A program made the translations under genes and the position numbers. Below, one piece after another: positions 24,135 to 32,042 of a DNA stretch of 34,258 nt. Where the stretch lies: the IMG/VR virus record IMGVR_UViG_3300016474_000139, positions 1 through 34,258 of that record; one strand, given 5' to 3'. Numbering within the stretch: position 1 is the first letter of the stretch; each line of letters starts with the position of its first letter. The notes under the pieces were generated by a model. That model was not told the origin of the DNA, did no database searches, and saw only the letters and a program-made list of their open reading frames with translations. Source of the stretch: a virus.

Positions 24135-26201
24135 TCACATCGGTGCCGGGCCAGTGGCAGGCTGCGCCTGATCCACCACCACGCCACCGATCTCACGCGC
24201 CAGGTTCAGCGCGTGGTCTTGAGAATCCATGTCGACCTTGGCCAGCGTCTCGACGGTGCGCGCACGCGACAGTTCTGCGTCGGCCACGGTCTTGACGGTG
24301 TCGGCACGCGCACGCGCCGCCTTGGCGATCGCTTCCTCGGCCGCAGCCTGCAGGAAGATGGCGTTCGGGTCTTGCTGGCCTTGCAGCAGTGCAGCCAGTT
24401 CCTCGGCCTCTGCCTCGGTCGGCTCCACGACGCCAAGGCGCACCAGCTTCTTGCGAAAGAAGTTGCGCACGTCGCTGATGCCCTCGCCCTCCATGTTCAT
24501 CATGGCCATCGCCTGGAGCACCTGCTTGGTCTCCGGGTCGTCGCTGATCGCCAGCATGCCGGTCAGGGCACGGACGGTGGCCGCGCGCTTGCTGCTAGAT
24601 GACGGTCCGACCTCGACGTTGACGTCGAACTTGGCGTCGGTCAGGTCGTTCTGCAGCACCACCTCGCCAGTCTTCTGGTCGATGGTCGGTTTCATCAGTT
24701 CGACCGACTCGACGTCGTTGTTGGCCGTGATGGCCTTCATCTTGCGCCGTTCCTCGGTGTAGATGTCCTTGGCCATCGACAGCCAGACTTCGCCGCAGCG
24801 CTTCATGCCCTTGGCGAAGTTGCTCATGTAGATGAAGGTCTGCATGTCCAGGCGCTGCTGGATCATCTCGACGGCCTTGCCAGAGATGTTGCTGACCATC
24901 TTGTCGGCCTGCTGTGGGCTGCCGAGGATGTCCTGCATGTCCTGCTCGGTCACCTGCAGCAGGGCAGCCATCGCCGGTGGGATGGCCGGGCTGCGCGTGT
25001 AGGCCACCGGGCCGCTGACGGCCTGGTTGCCGTTCTGGTCGGTGATCGGGTTGATCAGCAGGTACGGGTAGTCCTTGAGGTTGTCTTCAGCCCACATGAC
25101 CTGGTGACCAGCGACCTGCTCAGGCGTGAGGATGGGCTTCTCGACCGAGGACAGCGCACTGATCTCGCCAAGCTTGGACAACTGCATGTTCTTCAGGCGC
25201 TGGGCATCCTTGGCCAGGCGCACGTGGCCCATGCAGCGCTCGACGTTGTCGACGAACCAGCGCTTGCCGTAAACCGGGATGATCGGGATGCACTTGCCTG
25301 CGATGTAGCCAGCGTCCTCCAGAATCTTGCCGCCCGACATGATGTACTTGTGGACGCGCCGCGTCTTGTACTTTTTGCGACGGACCTCGACCGAGCCGAC
25401 GGCCTCCAGCGTTTCCTCCAGGGTCTCGTCGTTGTCGAAGTCGGCCTGGGTGTATCGCTCCTCGTCGCCAGCAATCGTGCGGTAGATGCGCACGGTCTCG
25501 TTCTTTTCCTCGACGCGGTAGTATTCGGCCACGTAGACGACGTCAGGCGTGCACCAGTCGAACTCGTACTGGTGGATGATCTTGGGCCAGCTTGTCGGGT
25601 CGTCGCCCCAGGTCGCCTTGTAGGCGTCGCGTGTCATGGCCGTGATCACGAAGCAGCGCTTGGCGTCGGCCTTGTCCTGGCGCTTGGCCTCCAGGTCGAA
25701 GAACACGGACGAGTCCGCGTCGAAGATCGGCTCGATGCGGATACGCTGACGGTCGTCCTCTGGGTCTTCCTCGTCCTCGTAGATCGTGCGCAGACGCCAG
25801 GCACCGAATCCGCCGCCGACTGCTTCCTCGAAGGCGTTGTCGTATGCCTCGTCGGCCACGCTGTCCTGCTCGTCGGCACGGTACAGGCCGTCCAATGTGT
25901 CGGCCAGGTCGTCGCGCGCCTCGCCGTCTTTGCTCACGAAATCGACGGTGATCCGGTTGTTGCGGTACTCGTTGATGATGCGGATGACGGCCAGGTGAAT
26001 CTTGTTCACCTCGAACTTCGGCTTGTTCTCGTAGATGTCCCAGAGTGGGCCTTCCCACTGGCTGCCTGCCAGGCTGTAGAAGCGACGGTCCTGCAAGCAC
26101 TGCAGGCGCTCGTCCCTCAGCGCCGACTGAATGTTGTCGAATTCAGCCAGCGCCTCAGCGTGCAGATTGGCAAGCTGCTGATCTCTGGAAATTCTGGCCA
26201 T
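24135..26201 (-). CDS. P22-type portal protein
   Basis: The protein is 688 aa. IRIEPIFDADSSVFFD, AEYYRVEEKNETV, IPIIPVYGKRWFVDN, VRLAKDAQRLKNM and DYPYLLINPITD match the P22 gp1 family from memory. Confidence 0.92.
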   Translation of the reverse strand: MARISRDQQLANLHAEALAEFDNIQSALRDERLQCLQDRRFYSLAGSQWEGPLWDIYENKPKFEVNKIHLAVIRIINEYRNNRITVDFVSKDGEARDDLADTLDGLYRADEQDSVADEAYDNAFEEAVGGGFGAWRLRTIYEDEEDPEDDRQRIRIEPIFDADSSVFFDLEAKRQDKADAKRCFVITAMTRDAYKATWGDDPTSWPKIIHQYEFDWCTPDVVYVAEYYRVEEKNETVRIYRTIAGDEERYTQADFDNDETLEETLEAVGSVEVRRKKYKTRRVHKYIMSGGKILEDAGYIAGKCIPIIPVYGKRWFVDNVERCMGHVRLAKDAQRLKNMQLSKLGEISALSSVEKPILTPEQVAGHQVMWAEDNLKDYPYLLINPITDQNGNQAVSGPVAYTRSPAIPPAMAALLQVTEQDMQDILGSPQQADKMVSNISGKAVEMIQQRLDMQTFIYMSNFAKGMKRCGEVWLSMAKDIYTEERRKMKAITANNDVESVELMKPTIDQKTGEVVLQNDLTDAKFDVNVEVGPSSSSKRAATVRALTGMLAISDDPETKQVLQAMAMMNMEGEGISDVRNFFRKKLVRLGVVEPTEAEAEELAALLQGQQDPNAIFLQAAAEEAIAKAARARADTVKTVADAELSRARTVETLAKVDMDSQDHALNLAREIGGVVVDQAQPATGPAPM

Positions 26202-26228
26202 AGCGAGTCCTCATTTTTCGACATTCTC

Positions 26229-27458
26229 TCACCATTTGTGCATGACTGGCAATGGTGTGAAGTTGTGGGGTTTGGAAGGCTGCGCGCGCCGCACGCCTTC
26301 GCAGGCGTAGCGCAGCGCGTCGATCACGTGGTTTTTCTTGTCCTCCAGGATCGGGAGCACCTTTCCGGTGATCGGATCGGTCTTGTAGGAGTACAGCGTC
26401 AGTTCGTCGATCGTGTGCAGGCAGCGAGGGTGCACCACGATGTCGTAGGACTTGAGCCACTCGACGCCTTCCTCGACCGACTTCGGTCCTTTGACGGCCG
26501 ACATGATCTTTGGGAATCCGTGCCGCTTCATGTGGCTGATGGTCTCCGGCCTGGCCGAGTCGGCCACGATGGGCCACTTCTCGGCCTCTGGCACGGTCAT
26601 GAACAGGTCCGGGGTGTTCACGATCTCGCAGCCGACCATGTAGGCCTCGTGGTCGATGTAGAGCGTGCGTCCGATGATGTGGCAGCGCACCAGCACGGTC
26701 GGGTCGGACGCGAAGCCCCAGTCCGCGCCCAGGCGGTGGATGGCGTCCTTGGGTGCCTCGAACTCCTCGACGCGCCAGTTGCGGAAGACCCGGCTGCTGC
26801 TGTTCTGCAGGTAGCCGCCACGCCAGACGTGCGCGTACTTGTCCGGGTCGCGCCCTCGGTCGTACTCCATCTCCGCGCGCAGAACGTCCGGGAACCAAGG
26901 GTTGTCGTCGAAGTTGACCTCCAGCACCACAGCGTCTGGTGGTGGCTTCTCGCCGCGCAGCAGGGCATCGACCGGGTCGGTCGCCAGCGCCGGGTTCCAG
27001 GTGAACCAAAGTTCCGAGCCAGGCTTGCGGATGGTCGGCCGCAGCAGGTCCAGGCTGCGCTGGGACAGCGACTGTGCCTCTTCCACCCAGGCACGGTCGT
27101 AGCCTTCGAGCGACTTGATCGAGTCGGCCGTGTGGTTCTGCATGCCTTGGAAGATGATCAGGCCGTCGCCCTTCTTGGACTTGATGACGGCCTCCTGCAC
27201 CTCGAAGTATGCGCCAGCGTTCATCTGCTCGATCTTGAGTTCGAGCAGGCGCTTGACAGACTGCGCAAGCGACTTCTGGACCTCGCGCACGCAGACGCTG
27301 CGGCTGGCCTGGTCCATGATGTGCGCCTCGATCAGCATCTCGGCAAAGGTGTGCGACTTACCCGATCCACGGCCGCCGTGTGCGCCCTTGTAGCGCGCAG
27401 GCTGCAGCAGCGGGACAGCCCACTCAGGCGTCTGAATTTTCAGTGTCGGCTTTGCCAC
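26229..27458 (-). CDS. terminase large subunit (Terminase_3 / PBSX type)
   Basis: Walker A GGRGSGKS is preceded by PARYKGAH. There is no ATG before the Walker A motif, so the start is GTG 27458 (preferred) or TTG 27485. Both lie inside the 3' end of the terminase small subunit gene. Confidence 0.9.
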   Translation of the reverse strand: MAKPTLKIQTPEWAVPLLQPARYKGAHGGRGSGKSHTFAEMLIEAHIMDQASRSVCVREVQKSLAQSVKRLLELKIEQMNAGAYFEVQEAVIKSKKGDGLIIFQGMQNHTADSIKSLEGYDRAWVEEAQSLSQRSLDLLRPTIRKPGSELWFTWNPALATDPVDALLRGEKPPPDAVVLEVNFDDNPWFPDVLRAEMEYDRGRDPDKYAHVWRGGYLQNSSSRVFRNWRVEEFEAPKDAIHRLGADWGFASDPTVLVRCHIIGRTLYIDHEAYMVGCEIVNTPDLFMTVPEAEKWPIVADSARPETISHMKRHGFPKIMSAVKGPKSVEEGVEWLKSYDIVVHPRCLHTIDELTLYSYKTDPITGKVLPILEDKKNHVIDALRYACEGVRRAQPSKPHNFTPLPVMHKW

Positions 27459-27888
27459 GGATGACCACTCGCTCGATCTTCGCAAACTCCAAAGGCGCGC
27501 CGTCCGCGCCAGTCAGTTCGTGCTGCTGCACTTCCTTCCAGCGCATCTGCGTCTTGGACCACCAGATGGCCGCCGTCGTGTCGCCTGCCATCACCTTCTG
27601 GAATAGGGTTTTCCCTACCTGCGCATTGGCCTTGGCCTTGCCCGAGATCAGTTCCTGGGCAAAGTGCTTGCGCAGGGTGTCGGTGTCGATGCCGTCGCGC
27701 ACCAGGACAGCGATCTGCTCGATCGGCAGGCCGTAGCCGGACATGGCCTCGACCTGCTTGCGCTCGTGGTCGGTCGGCTCGAAGGCGGGTCGGCCAGCGT
27801 TTTCACGTGCTCCGCCGTTGTTTTTCCGACCGTCAGGCTTTTTTATAACCGATTTTTCAATTGTGGGTTTCTGTGGTTTCGTCGCCAT
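27424..27888 (-). CDS. terminase small subunit (154 aa)
   Basis: It sits immediately upstream of the terminase large subunit gene. The N-terminus is basic (NNGGARENAGRP) and an HTH-like GYGLPIEQIAVLV follows. A GGAGG RBS precedes the start. Confidence 0.7.
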   Translation of the reverse strand: MATKPQKPTIEKSVIKKPDGRKNNGGARENAGRPAFEPTDHERKQVEAMSGYGLPIEQIAVLVRDGIDTDTLRKHFAQELISGKAKANAQVGKTLFQKVMAGDTTAAIWWSKTQMRWKEVQQHELTGADGAPLEFAKIERVVIRGKADTENSDA

Positions 27889-28897
27889 TCGTAACCTCCG
27901 CGAAAGGTTTTCCAGTGTCTGCGTGGGTGGCCTGCTTGCCGGTGAACTCCTGCCAGCGCTTGACGATGACGTCGCAGTAGCGTGGGTCCAGTTCCATGAG
28001 CAAGGCAGTGCGGCCGTTCTTCTCGGCTGCGATCAGGGTGGTGCCGGAGCCGCCAAAGGAGTCGAGCACCAGGTCGCCGCCCTTCGTGTTGTTGAGCATC
28101 TGGTACTCGAACAGCGCCACCGGCTTCATGGTCGGGTGCTCGCCGTTGCGGCTGGGCTTGTCGAACTCCAAGATGGTGGTCTGCTTGCGGTCGGCCGCCC
28201 AGAGGTGGCCAGCGCCGTCCTTCCAGCCGTACAGGCACGGCTCGTGCTGCCACTGGTAATCCTGCCGCCCGAGCACCAGGCTGGACTTCTTCCAGATCAG
28301 GCACTGCCGCACGGTCCAGCCAGCGTCCCTGGCCGCGCCACGGAAGTTGTAGCCTTCGCTGTCCGCGTGCCAGATGTAGAACACAGCGCCCGGCTTCATC
28401 ACCGTGTCGGCAGCGGTGTAGGCGTCGCGCAGGAACTGCCGGAACTGCTCGTCGCCCATCTCGTCGTTCTTGATCTTGAGCTTGTCCTTCGTGCCGCCCT
28501 CGTAGGCCACGTTGTAAGGTGGATCTGTCAGCCACATGTCCACCAAGTTGCCTTGGGTGAGTTGCGCCAGGTGGTCGGTGCTGGTGCTGTCGCCGCACAT
28601 CAGCCGGTGCTTGCCCATGATCCAGACGTCACCAGGCACGGTGACCGAGTTTTCCTGCACGGCCGGAGCAGCGTCCGGGTCGGTCAGTCCTTCGGTCACT
28701 TCCACCGGCATCAGCGCCTTGATTTCCTCGTCCGTGAAGCCGGTCAGTTCCAGGTCAAAGCCAGCGTCGCCGAGTTCGCCCAACTCCAGCGCCAGCAGTT
28801 CGTTGTCCCAGCCAGCGTTCAGCGCCAGCTTGTTGTCGGCGATGACGTAGGCACGCTTCTGGGCATCGGTCCAGCCTGCAGCGACCATGACCGGCAA
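27857..28897 (-). CDS. beta-class N6-adenine (DPPY) DNA methyltransferase domain, lacking an in-frame ParB N-terminal domain
   Basis: Motif IV TDPPYN precedes motif I DSFGGSGTT, the N6_N4_Mtase order. The N-terminus PVMVAAGWTDAQKRAYVIADNKLA is the tail of a ParB-like domain. The first in-frame starts are TTG 28897 and ATG 28888. Confidence 0.85.
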   Translation of the reverse strand: MPVMVAAGWTDAQKRAYVIADNKLALNAGWDNELLALELGELGDAGFDLELTGFTDEEIKALMPVEVTEGLTDPDAAPAVQENSVTVPGDVWIMGKHRLMCGDSTSTDHLAQLTQGNLVDMWLTDPPYNVAYEGGTKDKLKIKNDEMGDEQFRQFLRDAYTAADTVMKPGAVFYIWHADSEGYNFRGAARDAGWTVRQCLIWKKSSLVLGRQDYQWQHEPCLYGWKDGAGHLWAADRKQTTILEFDKPSRNGEHPTMKPVALFEYQMLNNTKGGDLVLDSFGGSGTTLIAAEKNGRTALLMELDPRYCDVIVKRWQEFTGKQATHADTGKPFAEVTNGDETTETHN

Positions 28898-29072
28898 TGA
28901 TGCTGCCGGACTCGTCCACCAGGACAGCGGTGGTGAAGCCCCACTCCTTGATGCTGGCCGCGATCTGTGCGACCTGTTCCTCGCTGTGTGTGCGCGAGTT
29001 CTTGGCGTATGGCACCAGCTTCTCGATCGGCCACTGCTCGACCTTGTCGGCCGGGTTCTGCTTCTTGCTCAT
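28755..29072 (-). CDS. ParB-like nuclease N-terminal domain fragment (105 aa) in a different frame from the methyltransferase
   Basis: ATG 29072 has GGAGAGG upstream. WPIEKLVPYAKNSRTHSEEQVAQIAASIKEWGFTTAVLVDESGSIIAGHGR is followed by about 40 codons that resemble no family before the stop at 28755. Confidence 0.7.
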   Translation of the reverse strand: MSKKQNPADKVEQWPIEKLVPYAKNSRTHSEEQVAQIAASIKEWGFTTAVLVDESGSIIAGHGRCRLDRCPEACLRHRRQQAGAERWLGQRTAGAGVGRTRRRWL

Positions 29073-29194
29073 TCGCCTCTCCAGTAGATCGCCACGGCCA
29101 GGGCTGCGGCAGCCAGCCACCAGCCCTGATGGCCGATGACTGCGCCGATGGCCAGCGCTGCAATCAAGTTGCTTTTGTGTGAAATCGTGGTCAT
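29069..29194 (-). CDS. hydrophobic 41-aa peptide (not in the ORF track)
   Basis: Translation: MTTISHKSNLIAALAIGAVIGHQGWWLAAAALAVAIYWRGE. There are ATGA overlaps at both ends (with 29191..29580 and with the ParB-like gene). Confidence 0.45.
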   Translation of the reverse strand: MTTISHKSNLIAALAIGAVIGHQGWWLAAAALAVAIYWRGE

Positions 29195-29580
29195 GCGTCA
29201 TTGTCCTCTTTTTCCAGGCGGTTCGCCACCAGGGTGGCGTAGCCTGCGATGTCGATCCAGTTGTCGGCGTAGTTCGGATCGCCGTTGAGGATGCGCGCGA
29301 CCTTGTGCTGGACCATCTCGAGCGCCTCGCGCTGGTCAGGCTTGAGCCGGTCCCAGCCGGATCGTTCGTGCATCACGGCCTTAAGGTCTTGGCTGATCTT
29401 GGCGTGATTTTCAAAGCTGCCGTATCTGGCCTCGCGTCCGGAAAGCATGGCTTTGATGTCCATGCCTTCCTGCTGCATGGCCTTGCGGAAGTCGCTCATG
29501 GCCTGGCTGACCATTTTCAAATCGCCATCGGCCACTGCGAATTCCAGTCGCTCAAGTTCCTTTTGCATTTGCGTGTTCAT
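29191..29580 (-). CDS. DUF6378-like protein (129 aa)
   Basis: ATG 29580 is used (the track ORF starts 17 codons upstream). The pattern R..YGSFENHAKIS...MVQHKVARILNGDPNYADNWIDIAGYATL matches my recollection of that domain. Confidence 0.6.
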   Translation of the reverse strand: MNTQMQKELERLEFAVADGDLKMVSQAMSDFRKAMQQEGMDIKAMLSGREARYGSFENHAKISQDLKAVMHERSGWDRLKPDQREALEMVQHKVARILNGDPNYADNWIDIAGYATLVANRLEKEDNDA

Positions 29581-29601
29581 GTGAGTGCTTCCTAACTTGC
29601 T

Positions 29602-29610
29602 TGTGGATAA
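29602..29610 (-). promoter_or_regulatory. perfect DnaA-box 9-mer (TTATCCACA on the minus strand)
   Basis: The plus strand reads TGTGGATAA at 29602-29610, inside the 160-bp noncoding gap next to the iterons. Confidence 0.35.
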
Positions 29611-29637
29611 CTTTCCCCTGTTTTCCCGCATCCCGGT

Positions 29638-29748
29638 GCCCCTACCTGCCCCTACCCTATAGGGTTTAGGGGCGGGGCGGGGCGTTTTTCCGGGCTTTTG
29701 CCCCTAACCCCTGAAAACCCCTAGGGGCGCTCAGGGGCGTTTAGGGGC
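29638..29748. repeat. iteron cluster: TAGGGGC / GCCCCTA heptamers, partly in 10-bp phase
   Basis: GCCCCTA occurs at 29638, 29648 and 29700. TAGGGGC occurs at 29667, 29722 and 29742, and the variant CAGGGGC at 29732. The stretch 29721-29750 is three tandem 10-mers (CTAGGGGCGC TCAGGGGCGT TTAGGGGCGA). The palindrome CCCCTAGGGG is at 29718-29727. Confidence 0.8.
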
Positions 29749-31795
29749 GATTTTTGGGAGCGTTTTTTTGCATCAGCATCGCGCTTGCCTGTGTCTCGTT
29801 GCAGAAAATCCAGCCGTGTTCGTGCGTCTCCAGCGTGCCTGCGTTGAGCAGTTGCGCGATGATTCCGTCCGGCCTGGACGCCTCGGTTTTGTTCTTGGCC
29901 GTGCGCTCTGACATGCCGTCCTTGACCAGCAGGTCACGCAGCGCCGACCGGCTGACGTAGGGTAAACCCTCTCGCTCTTCGGCACCGGATGCCCACCAGG
30001 CGCGCTCGACCGTGCGCACGTTCTCATCGTGCTTTGTTGGTTTTTTGTGTGGTTTTGTGGTGTTGGCCTCGTCGTCCGGGACAGCCACACAGGTAGTGGC
30101 CACGCCGCCAAACTTGGTCGTGCCCATCTCGATCACCTCCAGCTTGAAGTAGATCGTCTCGCCTTTGCTTGGCAATTCGCGCTGCTTGGTGACCGAGACG
30201 GACCGGCTGCCGTCCTTCTCGCTGACCTCTATCTCGGTGTCGATGTGTGCCCGGATGCCGGACCAGCCGCGCGCGCCTCTGGCCGCGTCCTTGCCGTTGT
30301 GGTGGATGATCATCATGGCCGCGCCGGTAGCGGTGGCCACCTGGTCGAATCTGGCCATGACTGGCCCCATGTCCTCGCCGCTGTTTTCGTTCGCGCCTGC
30401 GCTCATCCTGGCCAGCGTGTCGCCAATGATCAGACGCACCGGCTTGCCTTTGATCTGCTCGATGGCCCTGACCATCTCGATCACGTCGTGAGCATCCTGC
30501 GCGCCGGAGTAGAAGTTCATCGGGACTGGCACCATCGCCAGGTTCTCCAGGTTGCAACCGTAGAACTTCTTGATGGCCTGCATGCGGGACCGGATGCTGG
30601 CCTGGGCTTCGCTGGCCAGGTAGACCACCAGGCCTGGGTCGGTCTTGCGGCCGTAGCAGTCTGATCCGGTGGCGATCGCTGTGGCCACCGACAGTGCCCA
30701 GAATGTCTTTCCTGAGTTGCTGTCGCCGTAGACCACCACCGAACTGCCGATGGTCATCAGGCCTTCGACAAGTTCGTCAGGTGCCTCATAGTCGCTGCCC
30801 AACTGGTCGCCGAAGACCACCTTGAGCTTGTCGATCACCGCCGATCCGGTCTGCTGCACCAGCAGCCCTGTCAGATCGTGGCCAGCCTGGGCATAATCGT
30901 TGGCATCCATGCCTTCAATTGGAGGGATGACCACGCGCACGCCATACTTGGCGCTGGCCTGGTCAGCGTACTTCTGGCCCACGCCGTGCTTGTCGTGGTC
31001 TGCGACGATCACGATGTCCTGGCTGCTTCCGTACATCTCACGCAGGCTTCCGGTCACCGGGACGATGCTGCTGGCGCTGTAGGACACGACGCACGGCCTG
31101 CCTGTTGTCTCGTGGATCGTTGCTGCTGTGGCGAAGCCCTCCGCGACGTAGAGGGTGCCGGGTTCATCCATTGTGCCTACCATCCAGAACTTTCCACCGG
31201 CCTCGGCTCCTGGATGGTAGAGCTTGCCACCATCGGTGTCTATGTACTGCAGCGAGCACAAAGTGCCGTCCTGGCCGAAAAGTGGGAGCATCAAGCGGCC
31301 GTCGCCTGTGATGCGTGCGCCGTGTGGCTGGACGCCTTTGCGCTTGAGGTATGGATGGTCTGCGCTGGCTGCAGATGCCTGACTCCAGATCGCAGCCACT
31401 GTGCTCTCGGCCACCTCGTGCTGCTTTTCCAGCGCCGCGTCGCGCAGTGCCTTGGCCTCTGCCATGCGCCGCACGTGGGCCATTTCCTCGGCCGGTGAGA
31501 ACTGCCTGCCGACGTCTGCACGCCAGGGCGATTCAAACCCCATGCGCCAGCATCCGAATCGGCCTGCTGGGATGCCGTCTCCGAACACCACGTACCAGCC
31601 GGACTTGTCGCCTGCCTTGGCGCTGCCCTTGGTGCCTGATCGAAACCTGTGCAGCTTGCCGTCGAGTACCACGTGGTCCGGTGGTTCAAGGCCTGCCGCC
31701 CTGATAGCTTCGATGAGTTGTTCTTCTGGTGGCGCAATGCGCTTTTCTGGTGGTGGTGCCCACGCACCACCGAGCACTTTTGAGAGGTCAGCCAT
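29741..31795 (-). CDS. bifunctional primase-helicase (phage/plasmid primase N-domain + Toprim + RepA/AAA_25-type ATPase)
   Basis: DGKLHRF...GWYVVFGDGIPAGRFGCW, the Toprim motifs (YVAEGFATAATIHE, VIVADHDKHGVG) and Walker A GDSNSGKT with Walker B LIIGDT are present. An AGGAGG RBS precedes the start, which overlaps the upstream HTH gene by 8 nt. Confidence 0.88.
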   Translation of the reverse strand: MADLSKVLGGAWAPPPEKRIAPPEEQLIEAIRAAGLEPPDHVVLDGKLHRFRSGTKGSAKAGDKSGWYVVFGDGIPAGRFGCWRMGFESPWRADVGRQFSPAEEMAHVRRMAEAKALRDAALEKQHEVAESTVAAIWSQASAASADHPYLKRKGVQPHGARITGDGRLMLPLFGQDGTLCSLQYIDTDGGKLYHPGAEAGGKFWMVGTMDEPGTLYVAEGFATAATIHETTGRPCVVSYSASSIVPVTGSLREMYGSSQDIVIVADHDKHGVGQKYADQASAKYGVRVVIPPIEGMDANDYAQAGHDLTGLLVQQTGSAVIDKLKVVFGDQLGSDYEAPDELVEGLMTIGSSVVVYGDSNSGKTFWALSVATAIATGSDCYGRKTDPGLVVYLASEAQASIRSRMQAIKKFYGCNLENLAMVPVPMNFYSGAQDAHDVIEMVRAIEQIKGKPVRLIIGDTLARMSAGANENSGEDMGPVMARFDQVATATGAAMMIIHHNGKDAARGARGWSGIRAHIDTEIEVSEKDGSRSVSVTKQRELPSKGETIYFKLEVIEMGTTKFGGVATTCVAVPDDEANTTKPHKKPTKHDENVRTVERAWWASGAEEREGLPYVSRSALRDLLVKDGMSERTAKNKTEASRPDGIIAQLLNAGTLETHEHGWIFCNETQASAMLMQKNAPKNRP

Positions 31796-31973
31796 TCAAT
31801 GCAGCCTCCTGGCGTGTCAGGTAGTCCGACAGCGCCTTGACCGTCTCGTACAGGGGCTTGGAGTCCTCCTGCATAAACCTGTAGACCGTGGCCGGATGCA
31901 CGCCTGCGTTCTCGGCCACCCTCTTGAGGTTGGCGTCCTCAAGCCTTTTCTTGATCTGCTCGACAGTCATCAT
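31788..31973 (-). CDS. Cro-like small HTH regulator (61 aa), first gene of the minus arm
   Basis: This is only the last 61 codons of track ORF 31788..32846. ATG 31973 has GAGGTG upstream. The HTH is LKRVAENAGVHPATVYRFMQ. Confidence 0.7.
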   Translation of the reverse strand: MMTVEQIKKRLEDANLKRVAENAGVHPATVYRFMQEDSKPLYETVKALSDYLTRQEAALNG

Positions 31974-32008
31974 AAGTTGCACCTCTGAAAAAATTTTTGC
32001 GGTAGTGC

Positions 32009-32042
32009 TTGCACTGTACCAGAAAAACCGGTACAGTTGCAA
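32009..32042. promoter_or_regulatory. inverted-repeat operator carrying two overlapping divergent sigma70-like promoters
   Basis: The inverted repeat is ACTGTACC (32013-32020), 9 nt, then GGTACAGT (32030-37). The plus promoter is TTGCAC (32009-14), 17 nt, TACAGT (32032-37). The minus promoter is TTGCAA (32042-37), 18 nt, TACAGT (32018-13). Confidence 0.5.

Noticed and set aside
25104-27464. Very long ORFs antisense to confident genes. Examples are 25104..27464 (+, 786 aa), 1063..2508 (-, 481 aa), 13220..14671 (+, 483 aa), 22092..23411 (+, 439 aa), 27743..28900 (+, 385 aa), 32746..33915 (-, 389 aa), 4755..5636 (-, 293 aa) and 7305..8162 (+, 285 aa).
   Set aside because: They lie opposite genes with clear family motifs (portal, terminase, helicase, coat and others). 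Their translations are Arg/Ala/Gly/His-rich low-complexity sequence, which is typical of stop-poor antisense frames in high-GC DNA. They also lack RBS and coupling signals.
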